Shown: in pieces, positions 18,721 through 28,200 of the stretch
How the letters are laid out: each line of letters starts with the position of its first letter
How positions within the stretch are numbered: position 1 is the stretch's first letter
Program-made: the position numbers and the translations under genes
Assembly: GCA_030668875.1 (NCBI GenBank)
Contig: DAOVER010000022.1
Coordinates: 1-32,000, forward strand
Direction: 5' to 3'
Length of the DNA: 32,000 bases
Source of the DNA: Candidatus Heimdallarchaeota archaeon
Lineage (GTDB): Archaea; Asgardarchaeota; Heimdallarchaeia; Heimdallarchaeales; Heimdallarchaeaceae
The notes under the pieces: generated by a model
What the model was told of the DNA's origin: nothing
What the model saw: the letters and a program-made list of their open reading frames with translations, nothing else
Databases searched by the model: none

Positions 18721-19167
18721 GTGAAACATTTGGGATTTGATGATAAGTTAAGCAAGTTTCTAAAGTATGAAATAGATTCAATTAATTTACATCTGCCCAA
18801 GAGAAGAGTTCCCTTAAGTGTAGCCGACAAAGGTCACAATGTGTATATTAGCAAAGATAATAGCCAATTGTATATTGACAAGAAGGAAGTAGATCTACTT
18901 CTTTCAATTTGTCCAAACGCGAAAGAAAATGAAGTTCTACTTCCCTTTCTGATAATAAGAAGAAGAGATTTAGGACTTGGTACATATGTTATATCTGGTG
19001 AGTTGATTGAGCAGTTTTTAATATTAAAAGTGCTAGATAAATATGATGGTTCATGGGTTGAATTCATTGAAAATCCCCTCCCGAAACATTTAACATTTTT
19101 ATATAAACCAGATCTTATTACTATTAGAAAAATACTGCCAACTAGTACAGTAATAGGATTTGCATAG
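18721..19167 (+). CDS. DUF61 family archaeal protein
   Basis: SINLHLPKRRVPLS and LPFLII...G.YVISG pattern recalled for DUF61; starts 3 nt after the upstream stop. Confidence 0.65.
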   Translation: MKHLGFDDKLSKFLKYEIDSINLHLPKRRVPLSVADKGHNVYISKDNSQLYIDKKEVDLLLSICPNAKENEVLLPFLIIRRRDLGLGTYVISGELIEQFLILKVLDKYDGSWVEFIENPLPKHLTFLYKPDLITIRKILPTSTVIGFA

Positions 19168-19186
19168 AAAGAAGGAAAGAGTTTAC

Positions 19187-20371
19187 ATGAATAATTATGT
19201 CATATCAAAAGAGAATCATCTAAGAAGAATTGAAAAAATACGTGAGTATCAAGAAAAGAATGCTATGGGTTCTATGATCTTCTTTAGCCCAATATCGATT
19301 TATTACTTAACAGGATACCATTTTATCCCGACTGAAAGACCTATTGCATTTGTTTTACCTCAACATGATGAACCATGGTTTTTTGTTCCTAGATTAGAAC
19401 AAGAACATCTAATTGAGAAAATTCCATGGGTTGGTAGAGAAATCTATTTTGAATATCCTGATATGATACACCCAGCAAAGTTATTTGTTAAAAGCCTAAA
19501 AGAGCATAAAATTTTGGACACAAAAGTAGGGTTGGAATCAACCACATTCTCTGCTTATTGGGGGTATACAGGTCCTTTGTTATCTGATTTGATTGATAAA
19601 GAAACTTCGTATGAGATGCATTCCTCATTGATTCCAGAAATGAGAAAAATCAAGGATGGGGAAGAACTTAGACTGATAAAGATCTCAGCAAAGTATGGAG
19701 ATTTAGCTCATCAACTTTTACAGAAATATACTGAAGAGGGCAAAAATGAGGTAGAGGTATCACTTCAAGCTTGTATTGAAGCTTCAAAGCAGATGATGGA
19801 TGATCTAAAAGGCTTCATCCCAAGAGGTTTACTTCCTGCTCATGCAGGATACAGAGGTCAGATAGGAGAGTGGTCTGCAATACCCCATTCTGTAATTGAA
19901 AAAACAGTTTTCAAAAAAGGTGATGTTCTAGTTACAGGAGCAGCAGCCAATGTTTCTGGATATCTCTCAGAACTGGAAAGAACTATGTTTATTGGATCTC
20001 CTTCTGAAAAACAGAGGAGGTATTTTGATGTTATGAAGAAAGCACAAGACGCTGCTTTAGAAGCATTTAAACCTGGAATTCCTTGTAGTGAAGTGGATAA
20101 AGCTTCTGTAAATGTATTCAAGGAAGAAGGTATGAAGCATTTAACTCAACATCACACTGGACACGCAATTGGGATGGAAGGACATGAAGCTCCATTCCTT
20201 GATATCGGAGTCAATGAGATAATTCAACCAGGTATGGTTTTTACATGTGAACCAGGTATTTATGAGTATAAATTCGGTGGATTTCGTCATTCAGATACAG
20301 TAATCATAACAGAAGATGGTTCGGAGTTAATTACTCCATATCCAAGAGACCTTGACCCCTTAATAATCTGA
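19187..20371 (+). CDS. M24 (pita-bread fold) Xaa-Pro peptidase/creatinase-like hydrolase
   Basis: Creatinase-N-like YYLTGY, MRKIKD.EEL, HHTGHAIG, TCEPGIY, RHSDT. Start placed at ATG 19187. Confidence 0.85.
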   Translation: MNNYVISKENHLRRIEKIREYQEKNAMGSMIFFSPISIYYLTGYHFIPTERPIAFVLPQHDEPWFFVPRLEQEHLIEKIPWVGREIYFEYPDMIHPAKLFVKSLKEHKILDTKVGLESTTFSAYWGYTGPLLSDLIDKETSYEMHSSLIPEMRKIKDGEELRLIKISAKYGDLAHQLLQKYTEEGKNEVEVSLQACIEASKQMMDDLKGFIPRGLLPAHAGYRGQIGEWSAIPHSVIEKTVFKKGDVLVTGAAANVSGYLSELERTMFIGSPSEKQRRYFDVMKKAQDAALEAFKPGIPCSEVDKASVNVFKEEGMKHLTQHHTGHAIGMEGHEAPFLDIGVNEIIQPGMVFTCEPGIYEYKFGGFRHSDTVIITEDGSELITPYPRDLDPLII

Positions 20372-20415
20372 AATCCTATTTTAGAGACGTATCAATCTTG
20401 AAGATGGTTATTCTC

Positions 20416-21342
20416 TCACTTGTTTTTTGTTTTTGTTAAAATGTGTGTTTTATTGATACCAACAAAAATAGTTTCTTCAGCTTGAGTTACAGGAGCTCCT
20501 GTACTTTCAATAAGGACAGGATACCCATGTACTATGTTTCGATTTATTAGTTCATTCATAGTACCTTCTACTTCCTCGACTTCTAAGCCTTCATTGAAAA
20601 GCCATCTGGGAGAAAATGGCATTTTATGAAAATTGTTGTTAATGTATTGGTATCCTTCCCTAATTTCCTTCGGTAATATCTCAAAGTTTGCTTCTCGAAA
20701 TTGTCTAAAAATAGTCATGTCACGGTGATCTTTAACCCTTCCTTTTCCTGTTGTAACAAAAGGTTCAACAGCATATGCCCTTCCTGCTTTGAAGATCTGT
20801 GATTTATCTCTCATTCTTTTTGGGACATTATAATTTGGAATTGACATCCCATCATGTAAAGAATATTGAGCTAATGAATGTCCACTTAGATTGACAATAG
20901 GTTTGAATCCTTCTTTGTTAATTGTTTTTTCAACAATCTCACCTACTTCATATACTGTAGTACCAGGCTTGATTATCGCTAGAGTTTTATCCAATGCCTT
21001 TCTAGCCAATTGTTTCATTTGTTCCCATCTATCATCGAAAACAATGGTTCTTGCAGCATCTGTAATATACCCATTGACATGTACACCAGCATCAATTTTA
21101 ACTATAGATTTTTCTGGAATAGTCAAATCATCGAAAATTACCGGTGAATAATGAGCAGCTATTTCATTAATAGAAATATTAACAGGAAAAGCTGGTTGTG
21201 CGGAATTTTTACGGATCAGGTTTTCAACTTTATCCGCAATATCCACCAGCTTTACGCCTGGTTTTGTTATTGATAAAGCATACTCTAATGATTGAGCAAG
21301 TATTTGACCAGATTTTTCATATTGTAAGATTTGCTCTTTCAT
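20416..21342 (-). CDS. map: Methionine aminopeptidase, type II
   Basis: AFPVNISINEIAAHYSP, KIDAGVHVNGYITD, LSGH, AVEPF, type II helical insert (PFSPRWL), QAEET. Confidence 0.95.
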   Translation of the reverse strand: MKEQILQYEKSGQILAQSLEYALSITKPGVKLVDIADKVENLIRKNSAQPAFPVNISINEIAAHYSPVIFDDLTIPEKSIVKIDAGVHVNGYITDAARTIVFDDRWEQMKQLARKALDKTLAIIKPGTTVYEVGEIVEKTINKEGFKPIVNLSGHSLAQYSLHDGMSIPNYNVPKRMRDKSQIFKAGRAYAVEPFVTTGKGRVKDHRDMTIFRQFREANFEILPKEIREGYQYINNNFHKMPFSPRWLFNEGLEVEEVEGTMNELINRNIVHGYPVLIESTGAPVTQAEETIFVGINKTHILTKTKNK

Positions 21343-21398
21343 CAATAAACTCAGTCTCTATTTGTTGTTATGCTATTTTCCATATATTATTTTTGTTG

Positions 21399-21833
21399 TT
21401 ACAGTTTTTTTGTTTTCATCCTAGCAAAAGCGGAATTGAGCATTTTACCTAGTTCAGTTATTAGTACGGTTGACTTTGTATTTCCTCTTTGACCATTAGA
21501 TTCGAACAATCCATAATCTCTGAATTTTGTTAGGTTCCACTTTATCATTGAAAAAGTGAAATCTAATTTATGCGATAAAATCTCTGCTAATTTATTCAAG
21601 GAAAGAGATTTCTTATCTAGCTGTTTTATAGCTTCAATGAAAATTAATTTCTGCTTATTTTTCATTAAGTCAATAAAAAGATACAAACTTTTGTTCAAAA
21701 TCTCATCCATTAAGAGCAAGTAATTTTCAAGCTCAAAAATCCTCTTTTGCGCAAAGATGATCCCTTCTTCTGTATTTTCGATTCTTCCCAGCTGTAGTTC
21801 GGAAATTATTGCTGGCTTCAACAAAACGTTCAC
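21399..21833 (-). CDS. Putative winged-helix DNA-binding protein
   Basis: C-terminal SLNKLAEILS...MIKWNLTKFRDYGLFE...VLITELGK resembles a wHTH with wing; divergent from the ATPase operon. Confidence 0.55.
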   Translation of the reverse strand: MNVLLKPAIISELQLGRIENTEEGIIFAQKRIFELENYLLLMDEILNKSLYLFIDLMKNKQKLIFIEAIKQLDKKSLSLNKLAEILSHKLDFTFSMIKWNLTKFRDYGLFESNGQRGNTKSTVLITELGKMLNSAFARMKTKKL

Positions 21834-21982
21834 CTATTGTCATCTTTACACCTCTGTTGTTGAGTATATTCTTTAGTTACTAGACCTTTTTATATGTTTC
21901 TAGCTTCATCTAACAGTAAAGTTGTCATTAAAACTAAGGTAGATTTTATGATAACAGAATTATAGTTCGACACTTACAATGA

Positions 21983-22030
21983 TTTTATAAGTGAAAAATA
22001 ACATTAAACAAATTGAGTAAAGTGTGAGGA
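21983..22030 (+). promoter_or_regulatory. TATA box and SD for the ATPase/coiled-coil operon
   Basis: TTTTATAA at 21983-21990; GTGAGG before ATG 22036. Confidence 0.5.
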
Positions 22031-22035
22031 TAATA

Positions 22036-23799
22036 ATGACAAGTGAAAAAAGTAATTTTCTACAACCTTGCCAACCTGATGAATTCTATGGTTCACGAGA
22101 AATAATTAACAATTTCACAGAGCAGATTGGCAAAATCAAACAACAGGAAGAAAATATTCGTTCATTTTTGATTATAGGTGATGAAGGAACTGGTAAAAGT
22201 TCATTATTGTCTAAATTATCCAAATCAATTTCTGGAAGAAATGACATAGTGCATGATGTGAAGTTAATTCCTGAAGAAGATGAACTCCTAAGTTTTTTCA
22301 AGATGTGGAAGAATAAAATTGATGAATTATCACCTGATTGGCGTTCATTATTGGGAAAAGTAGGGAAAAAGAGACTAGGTGATGATCTTCCCCAATTAAA
22401 TCAAACATTAAAAATTCCTTCCCAAAAATCCTACACAGATCATTATGTTGACTTATTCTTCGATAGTCTTGATAAATTAAATTTAAAATTACAAGAAACA
22501 AATACGTTTCTTTATTTCTTCTTTGATAATCTACAGCTGTTTAAGTTATTGGATTTGCAAGAGTTCTATCCGATATTCTCAAGAATTGTAAAAGGTGTTA
22601 ACGAACGAAAATACAATTTTGTTATTGTTACAACATTTCATGAAAAATATCTTTATGATTTTGATTACGAGAAGAATTTGACTGAAGGTGCAAATATCAT
22701 AAAAATCGCACCGCTAACTGCTTCAGAAGCAGAAATATACCTTAGACGAAAGGTTCCAATGTTGATAAATAAGGGGATTTTAGAATTAATTACAAATAGT
22801 CACCGCTCTTTCTTCGACTTGAATCTAGGTGTTGCATTCATATCCTCCGATTTACAGATTGAGGATTTTGTTGAGAGGAATATACCTTCATATTTTGAGT
22901 TAACAGATGCTGAAGAAGCAGCTATTATAGAAATGACCTCATATAATGAAAATGTTTTCCCCTTGGAGCAGTTAACTGTTTATGTGTCACATGATACACT
23001 AAAGGGTTTAGAGGAAAGGGGGATTTTATGGCTAGGGTCACAATATGCAAGATTGGTTCAAGATTCGTTAATGACTGCAATGAAATTTAGGTTAACCTTA
23101 TTCGGACCTTTACCAACGTTAATGGTACAATTGGATTCGATTTTAAGCGATCTTAAAAATCACATTGCTCCAGCTGATAAAATTATAGAAACCGTTGAAA
23201 ACCTTACTCTGAAAATCAGGGATAGATTAGCAGATTTTGCTATTGCCGCGAAACTCAATAAAATTACTAAGATGTGTATAGAAAAGGAAATGTATCAACG
23301 AGCATACGATTTTGCAATTATTAATGCCCATCAATTTGAGCAAATAAGTGAGTTAGAACAAGCTGGTGGAGTTTGTGAATCAATAGCAAGAGAATTTGAA
23401 GAAAGAAACTATTATTTTGCTGCAAAACTCTATGTGAAGTCTGCAAATTACTATAGTGCTGTCGAAGAAGATTTGAAAGCAAAAAGATCTTACTCAAGAG
23501 CTTCTGATCAATTTGAAAAAGTGGCAATGAGTCTTCCCGTTGAGAAGAATGAATATGCTGTAAGATGCTATTTGAAATGGAGTTTAGATTGTAATAAAAA
23601 TATGGGTGATGTAGAGAATTTCGAAAGGATACGTAAGAAAGCTATTGATTTATTTAATCCTGAAAGCATACATCACAATTATTTCAAAACAATGATATTT
23701 AAGCAAGAAGAACTAACTATTGAACAAACAGTAGAATCAAAAAAGGAAGGAATAGAAGAAATTTCTTTGGAAAATATTGAAAAGGAATTAGAATTTTAG
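22036..23799 (+). CDS. STAND/AAA-like P-loop ATPase with probable wHTH and TPR/SNAP-like helical C-terminus
   Basis: FYGSREII N-terminal motif, Walker A GDEGTGKSS, Walker B-like LYFFFDN, APLTASEA, wHTH-like LTDAEE...LKGLEERGIL, and Ala/Tyr-rich helical repeats (AAKLYVKSANYY, AKRSYSRASDQF). Confidence 0.75.
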   Translation: MTSEKSNFLQPCQPDEFYGSREIINNFTEQIGKIKQQEENIRSFLIIGDEGTGKSSLLSKLSKSISGRNDIVHDVKLIPEEDELLSFFKMWKNKIDELSPDWRSLLGKVGKKRLGDDLPQLNQTLKIPSQKSYTDHYVDLFFDSLDKLNLKLQETNTFLYFFFDNLQLFKLLDLQEFYPIFSRIVKGVNERKYNFVIVTTFHEKYLYDFDYEKNLTEGANIIKIAPLTASEAEIYLRRKVPMLINKGILELITNSHRSFFDLNLGVAFISSDLQIEDFVERNIPSYFELTDAEEAAIIEMTSYNENVFPLEQLTVYVSHDTLKGLEERGILWLGSQYARLVQDSLMTAMKFRLTLFGPLPTLMVQLDSILSDLKNHIAPADKIIETVENLTLKIRDRLADFAIAAKLNKITKMCIEKEMYQRAYDFAIINAHQFEQISELEQAGGVCESIAREFEERNYYFAAKLYVKSANYYSAVEEDLKAKRSYSRASDQFEKVAMSLPVEKNEYAVRCYLKWSLDCNKNMGDVENFERIRKKAIDLFNPESIHHNYFKTMIFKQEELTIEQTVESKKEGIEEISLENIEKELEF

Positions 23800-23809
23800 G
23801 TGAAAAAAA

Positions 23810-25258
23810 ATGTCTGAAAGAGTATCTAAAGATCTAGATAAAATTAAAAAAGAAATAGAAAATTTAGAAGGTCAAGCAACCAATTTCAAAGAATCATTGG
23901 AAACTCTGCTTGAATTACAGAAATATTATCAAACAATGGCAACATTGATACAAAATAAGTTCATATCTTTAAATGAAAATATTCGAACCTTGATTGATGA
24001 TAATAAGACTAATCTTGAAAGCAATATAAAAGATAGATCGGAAAAAGATCAAACCTTAGTAAATGAGTGGACAGAAACTCAATCAAGTACAGTGTGTGGT
24101 AAATTAGAAGATACCACAAATATGCTGGTTTCATTACAAGAAACTGTTCTTTCTACATTGGAAAAGGGAAAAACTGAGTTTAACAAATATTCTGATAACT
24201 TTGAAGAGAAAATTTCAACGATTTTAAGTTCTCATGAGCAAGATATTAATAGATTATCCAATAGTCAAGTAAACACATTAAGAAAGGCAATTACAACTGT
24301 TAAGGAAGATGTTTCAGAAATAAAACAGAACAATCTTGCAACATTTGAGAAAAACGCAGAGGAAATGAAGAATCAGCTTGAATCTAATATCAATATAACC
24401 GAGAACATAATGAAAGAGTCTATAGAACATCTTCGCTCTGAATATGGTGATAAACTTACAGATAATATGGAATCAATTTTTGAGAGTTTTAATAGAATAA
24501 AAAGTGAACTAAGGCAACTAGTAGAGAACGCTGTTAAGAGAATACAGACAGAATTATCTGGAATTTCAGGAACTATGGATAAATACCTTATTGATGAAAT
24601 CGCAAAGATTCAAGAGGTTTTAGCAGAATATGAACTAGGTATGATTGATGTTAATGAAGTTGCTCTTTCTAACTTCAATGAATCCAAAGCATCAATGATC
24701 AGTATGTATGAGCAATTAGTCAAACAACAAATAGAATCTCATGGAAACGAACTGAAAACCTTTCAAGAAAATTTCAATAAAAATGCTGATGACGAATTAG
24801 TTTCATTTTCCAAACAATCAGATGAAGTGAAAGAAGAAACTAAGAATATCATTACTGCTGAAAAAAATGATATTAAACAAAAGTTAACTGAAATTCAAAC
24901 AACAGTAACAGAGGATGCTGCTAAAACTAAGGAAAAAGCTGAATCAGAAATTCTCCAAAAAATTACGCTGCTAGAAGAAGAAATCGAGAGATTAAAGGCT
25001 TCAATCGGTCAAACGAGCTCTCAAATCACAACTCAACTTGAGGCTAATGAAAGAGAGAATTTAGCAAATATTACTTCACAATCTTCCAAGATCAAAAGTC
25101 AAATAGCAGAGACACAGCAATCCATAATGACGGATTTAGATGTAGAAGCTAAAGAGCATGTTAAAAAGGCAGAAGATGCTGAGAAAAGAAAGCGAGATTT
25201 GATAAATAGAATTGAAAGATTAGAAAGGAGTATAGAATCTATCAAAAATGAACTTTAA
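23810..25258 (+). CDS. Proline-free long coiled-coil protein with hendecad periodicity
   Basis: 482 aa with no Pro; E/K/Q/N/S/T-rich; hydrophobics every 11 residues; AGGTGA SD; 10 nt after the upstream stop. Confidence 0.85.
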   Translation: MSERVSKDLDKIKKEIENLEGQATNFKESLETLLELQKYYQTMATLIQNKFISLNENIRTLIDDNKTNLESNIKDRSEKDQTLVNEWTETQSSTVCGKLEDTTNMLVSLQETVLSTLEKGKTEFNKYSDNFEEKISTILSSHEQDINRLSNSQVNTLRKAITTVKEDVSEIKQNNLATFEKNAEEMKNQLESNINITENIMKESIEHLRSEYGDKLTDNMESIFESFNRIKSELRQLVENAVKRIQTELSGISGTMDKYLIDEIAKIQEVLAEYELGMIDVNEVALSNFNESKASMISMYEQLVKQQIESHGNELKTFQENFNKNADDELVSFSKQSDEVKEETKNIITAEKNDIKQKLTEIQTTVTEDAAKTKEKAESEILQKITLLEEEIERLKASIGQTSSQITTQLEANERENLANITSQSSKIKSQIAETQQSIMTDLDVEAKEHVKKAEDAEKRKRDLINRIERLERSIESIKNEL

Positions 25259-25270
25259 AATGTGATAAAA

Positions 25271-28200
25271 ATGGAATCAACATTAGAAAAAATAGGCTTA
25301 TCGCAAGATGAAATTCAAGTTTATTCAACAGTAGTTCAATTTGGAACTAGAACCATTGGACAGATCCAATCCTATTATAAACAGTCTGCTGAAATTATTT
25401 CTTCTGCTTTGGATAGTTTAGTTACTAAAGGATACATAAAAGAAATTAAAGCTAGAAACACTGAGGGGACATCATATTTTATCCCATTACCTCCGCAAAT
25501 TAAGCTGACTGAAGATGTATCAATGAGGCTTGAAAATGAGCTCAAAGCTTTAAGTGATGATGTGAAGAATGATTGGAATAACACTATGAAGACCTTTCGA
25601 GGTCAATTATCTACATTTCATAACCAAATAACAGAATCAACTGACAATCATAGTCAAGAGCTAAGTGGTATTTCAAATCAATTTCTGGATTCTGTTTCTG
25701 AAGTAGTAACAACTGGCAAAAACGATATTCAAGAAGCAATTACAAAGATTAAAACAGATACGGGAACCATTTCCACTACACACAGTGACAATCTGAAGAA
25801 ATCTATACAAAGAATCCAAGATAATATCTCTTCAACTTTTGATACAACAATTCATCGAGTTGGGGAGCATCATGAGAATTTTAAGACAAAGATTCAAGAA
25901 ACATACACAAATCTAGAAACCGAACATACTGCAAGAGCACAAGGACAACTCGATGGTATAATAGAAAAAGTTGAAGGTATAAAAATTAACGTAAATACAC
26001 TTCTTGAGCAGTTTAATTCAAAAGCAGACGAGAAAAAATCTCTGATTGTTGAAAATACAAGTGAGGTTAACAAGAAACTCATCAGTGATTCTAAACTAAT
26101 AACCAAGGAATCAACAACAAAATCGATAGAAACAATTAACAAAATAGTTAGTGATTATCAAACTAATTTAGACGAATATCAGACAAAAGTAAAAAGCATT
26201 CTATCTTCGTTAAATGAAGAGTTAAAGAAGTTGGAAGACCTAACCTCTAATAGAATTAAAGATGCCATTGAAAAAGCAAAGGATTCAGCAATATCTGTTT
26301 TAGGACAAAATGAAACACAATTCCAAGATCTTTTGAGCAAAATTAAGACCCTGTCAGTCGAGAAACTTGGTGAATTAATCTCTCAAACTGAAACTACAAC
26401 ATCTGATATGAAAAATAAGCTCGTTGGGAACTTGAATGATTACCTGAATGATTTCGAGAAAAATAGTGATAGTCTATTAACACTTCTTCAAGAAGGGATA
26501 AATAGTGGTTTAACCCTCTTTGAGGATACTCTATCCAAATCCATTGAGAATGTAAGTGATCAGATAAAGACCTTCTTTGGAGAAATTATGGCTGATTTTG
26601 ATGCGTTGAAATTATCTATAAATGAAGATTTACAAAAAAGTCTCACCGATTTTGTGAATTTATCATCAAGTCAAAAAGAAGATATGAACAAGAAAATCAA
26701 GGAATTAAATTCATCTTTATCAACTTCTATTCAAGAATCTATTCAACAAAGTAACACAAAACTGACTGATGTTGCAACAGAGATAAGTACAGAAGCAGAT
26801 AAAGCTTTAGCTTCTATAAAGAAAAAGGAACAAGCATCTCTCAAGAAACTTGAGACTGATGTTTTGGCAAACCAAGAAATAATGGTGACATTCTTATCTA
26901 ATACAATATCAACATTTGAGTTATCTTCATCAGAATATGTTACTGATATATCTTCAACTATTGATAAATATTCCAAAAAAATGAATGAGAGCAAGAAGCA
27001 GTTTACATCCACTCACAAAGAGTTCAAAGAAAATTTCCTTGCTCATCTTAACGAACTTAAAACAACTGCTTTATCAGATATTAAAGAGAATATTGATGAT
27101 AATACAAATACAGTAAACAATTTCATGGATACTAAAAATGAGGAAATTAAAACAAGAATTGTATCATTTTCAGAAGATTTTGCTAAGAAAGGTAGAGACG
27201 TTAGAGATGAAGTACCTAACTTAGTTCAAATTAATTATCAATCAAGCTTGGAAAGTGTTCAAGAACTGGATGATCAATTTAAAACCGCGGTTGCCAAACT
27301 GACTGAAATTAATGAAGCCTTCCAAGATCTAGATCAGAAGCAATTACAGAAGGTTTTTGGAAAAGAAGCTGGCCCCCGAATGGCTCATTTAATCGGAACC
27401 ATGAGTGCTGATGTTAATAATTTGAAGTATAATACGGAAAGTAAAATTGACGAAGTTATTAAGACATTCACTAGCTCAATGGAGAGTCTTTCAACAGACA
27501 TTTTCAACAAAATGAATAATCATATAGACGAACTCTCTCAATTATCTGATTCAGAAGTAAAAGATATTAGTCAAAAAATAGAAGAAGCCAAAGGTGAGAT
27601 TACAAATCAACTTAAAGAATCACTCAATAGCATGAAGGAACACGTCACTACTATTTTCACTACCTATGAAACTAGTTTTGCTGAATTACAAGATACCAAT
27701 ACTAAAGCTCTTGGAAGTATTGTTGGTAATGAGGATGATTCAATAAACTCTTTGAAGAGTAAGGTTGAGGAAGCAACAACTAATTTAACAAATCATATAA
27801 CAGAAATCACCGCACCTGAAAAGGTTCAAGGTTTATATCAAGGACACATTGATACAGTAACAAAGAACTCTAATTCATTTGTTTCAGAAGTAGCAAAATT
27901 AATTGTTAATGAAAAAGAGAAAATTGATACATCCAAGAATACAATTCTTCAAACAATGAATGATTCTGAACAGGAAATGAGTAAAAAATTAGCTGATACT
28001 TCAAAGGAATTAGAAAAAACAAATAAGCTAATTACAGATAACGCTACCAACTCTTTCAAAGCAATTATAAACAAAACTGGTAAATATCTAGATGGACTGA
28101 TACAAGCAGGAGAGACGATTTCAGATGATGAGGAAGGAGGCGTTGAGAAAACAAAAATGCAATTACTCATTGAAGAAGGATTGCAAGGATTGCTTTCATC

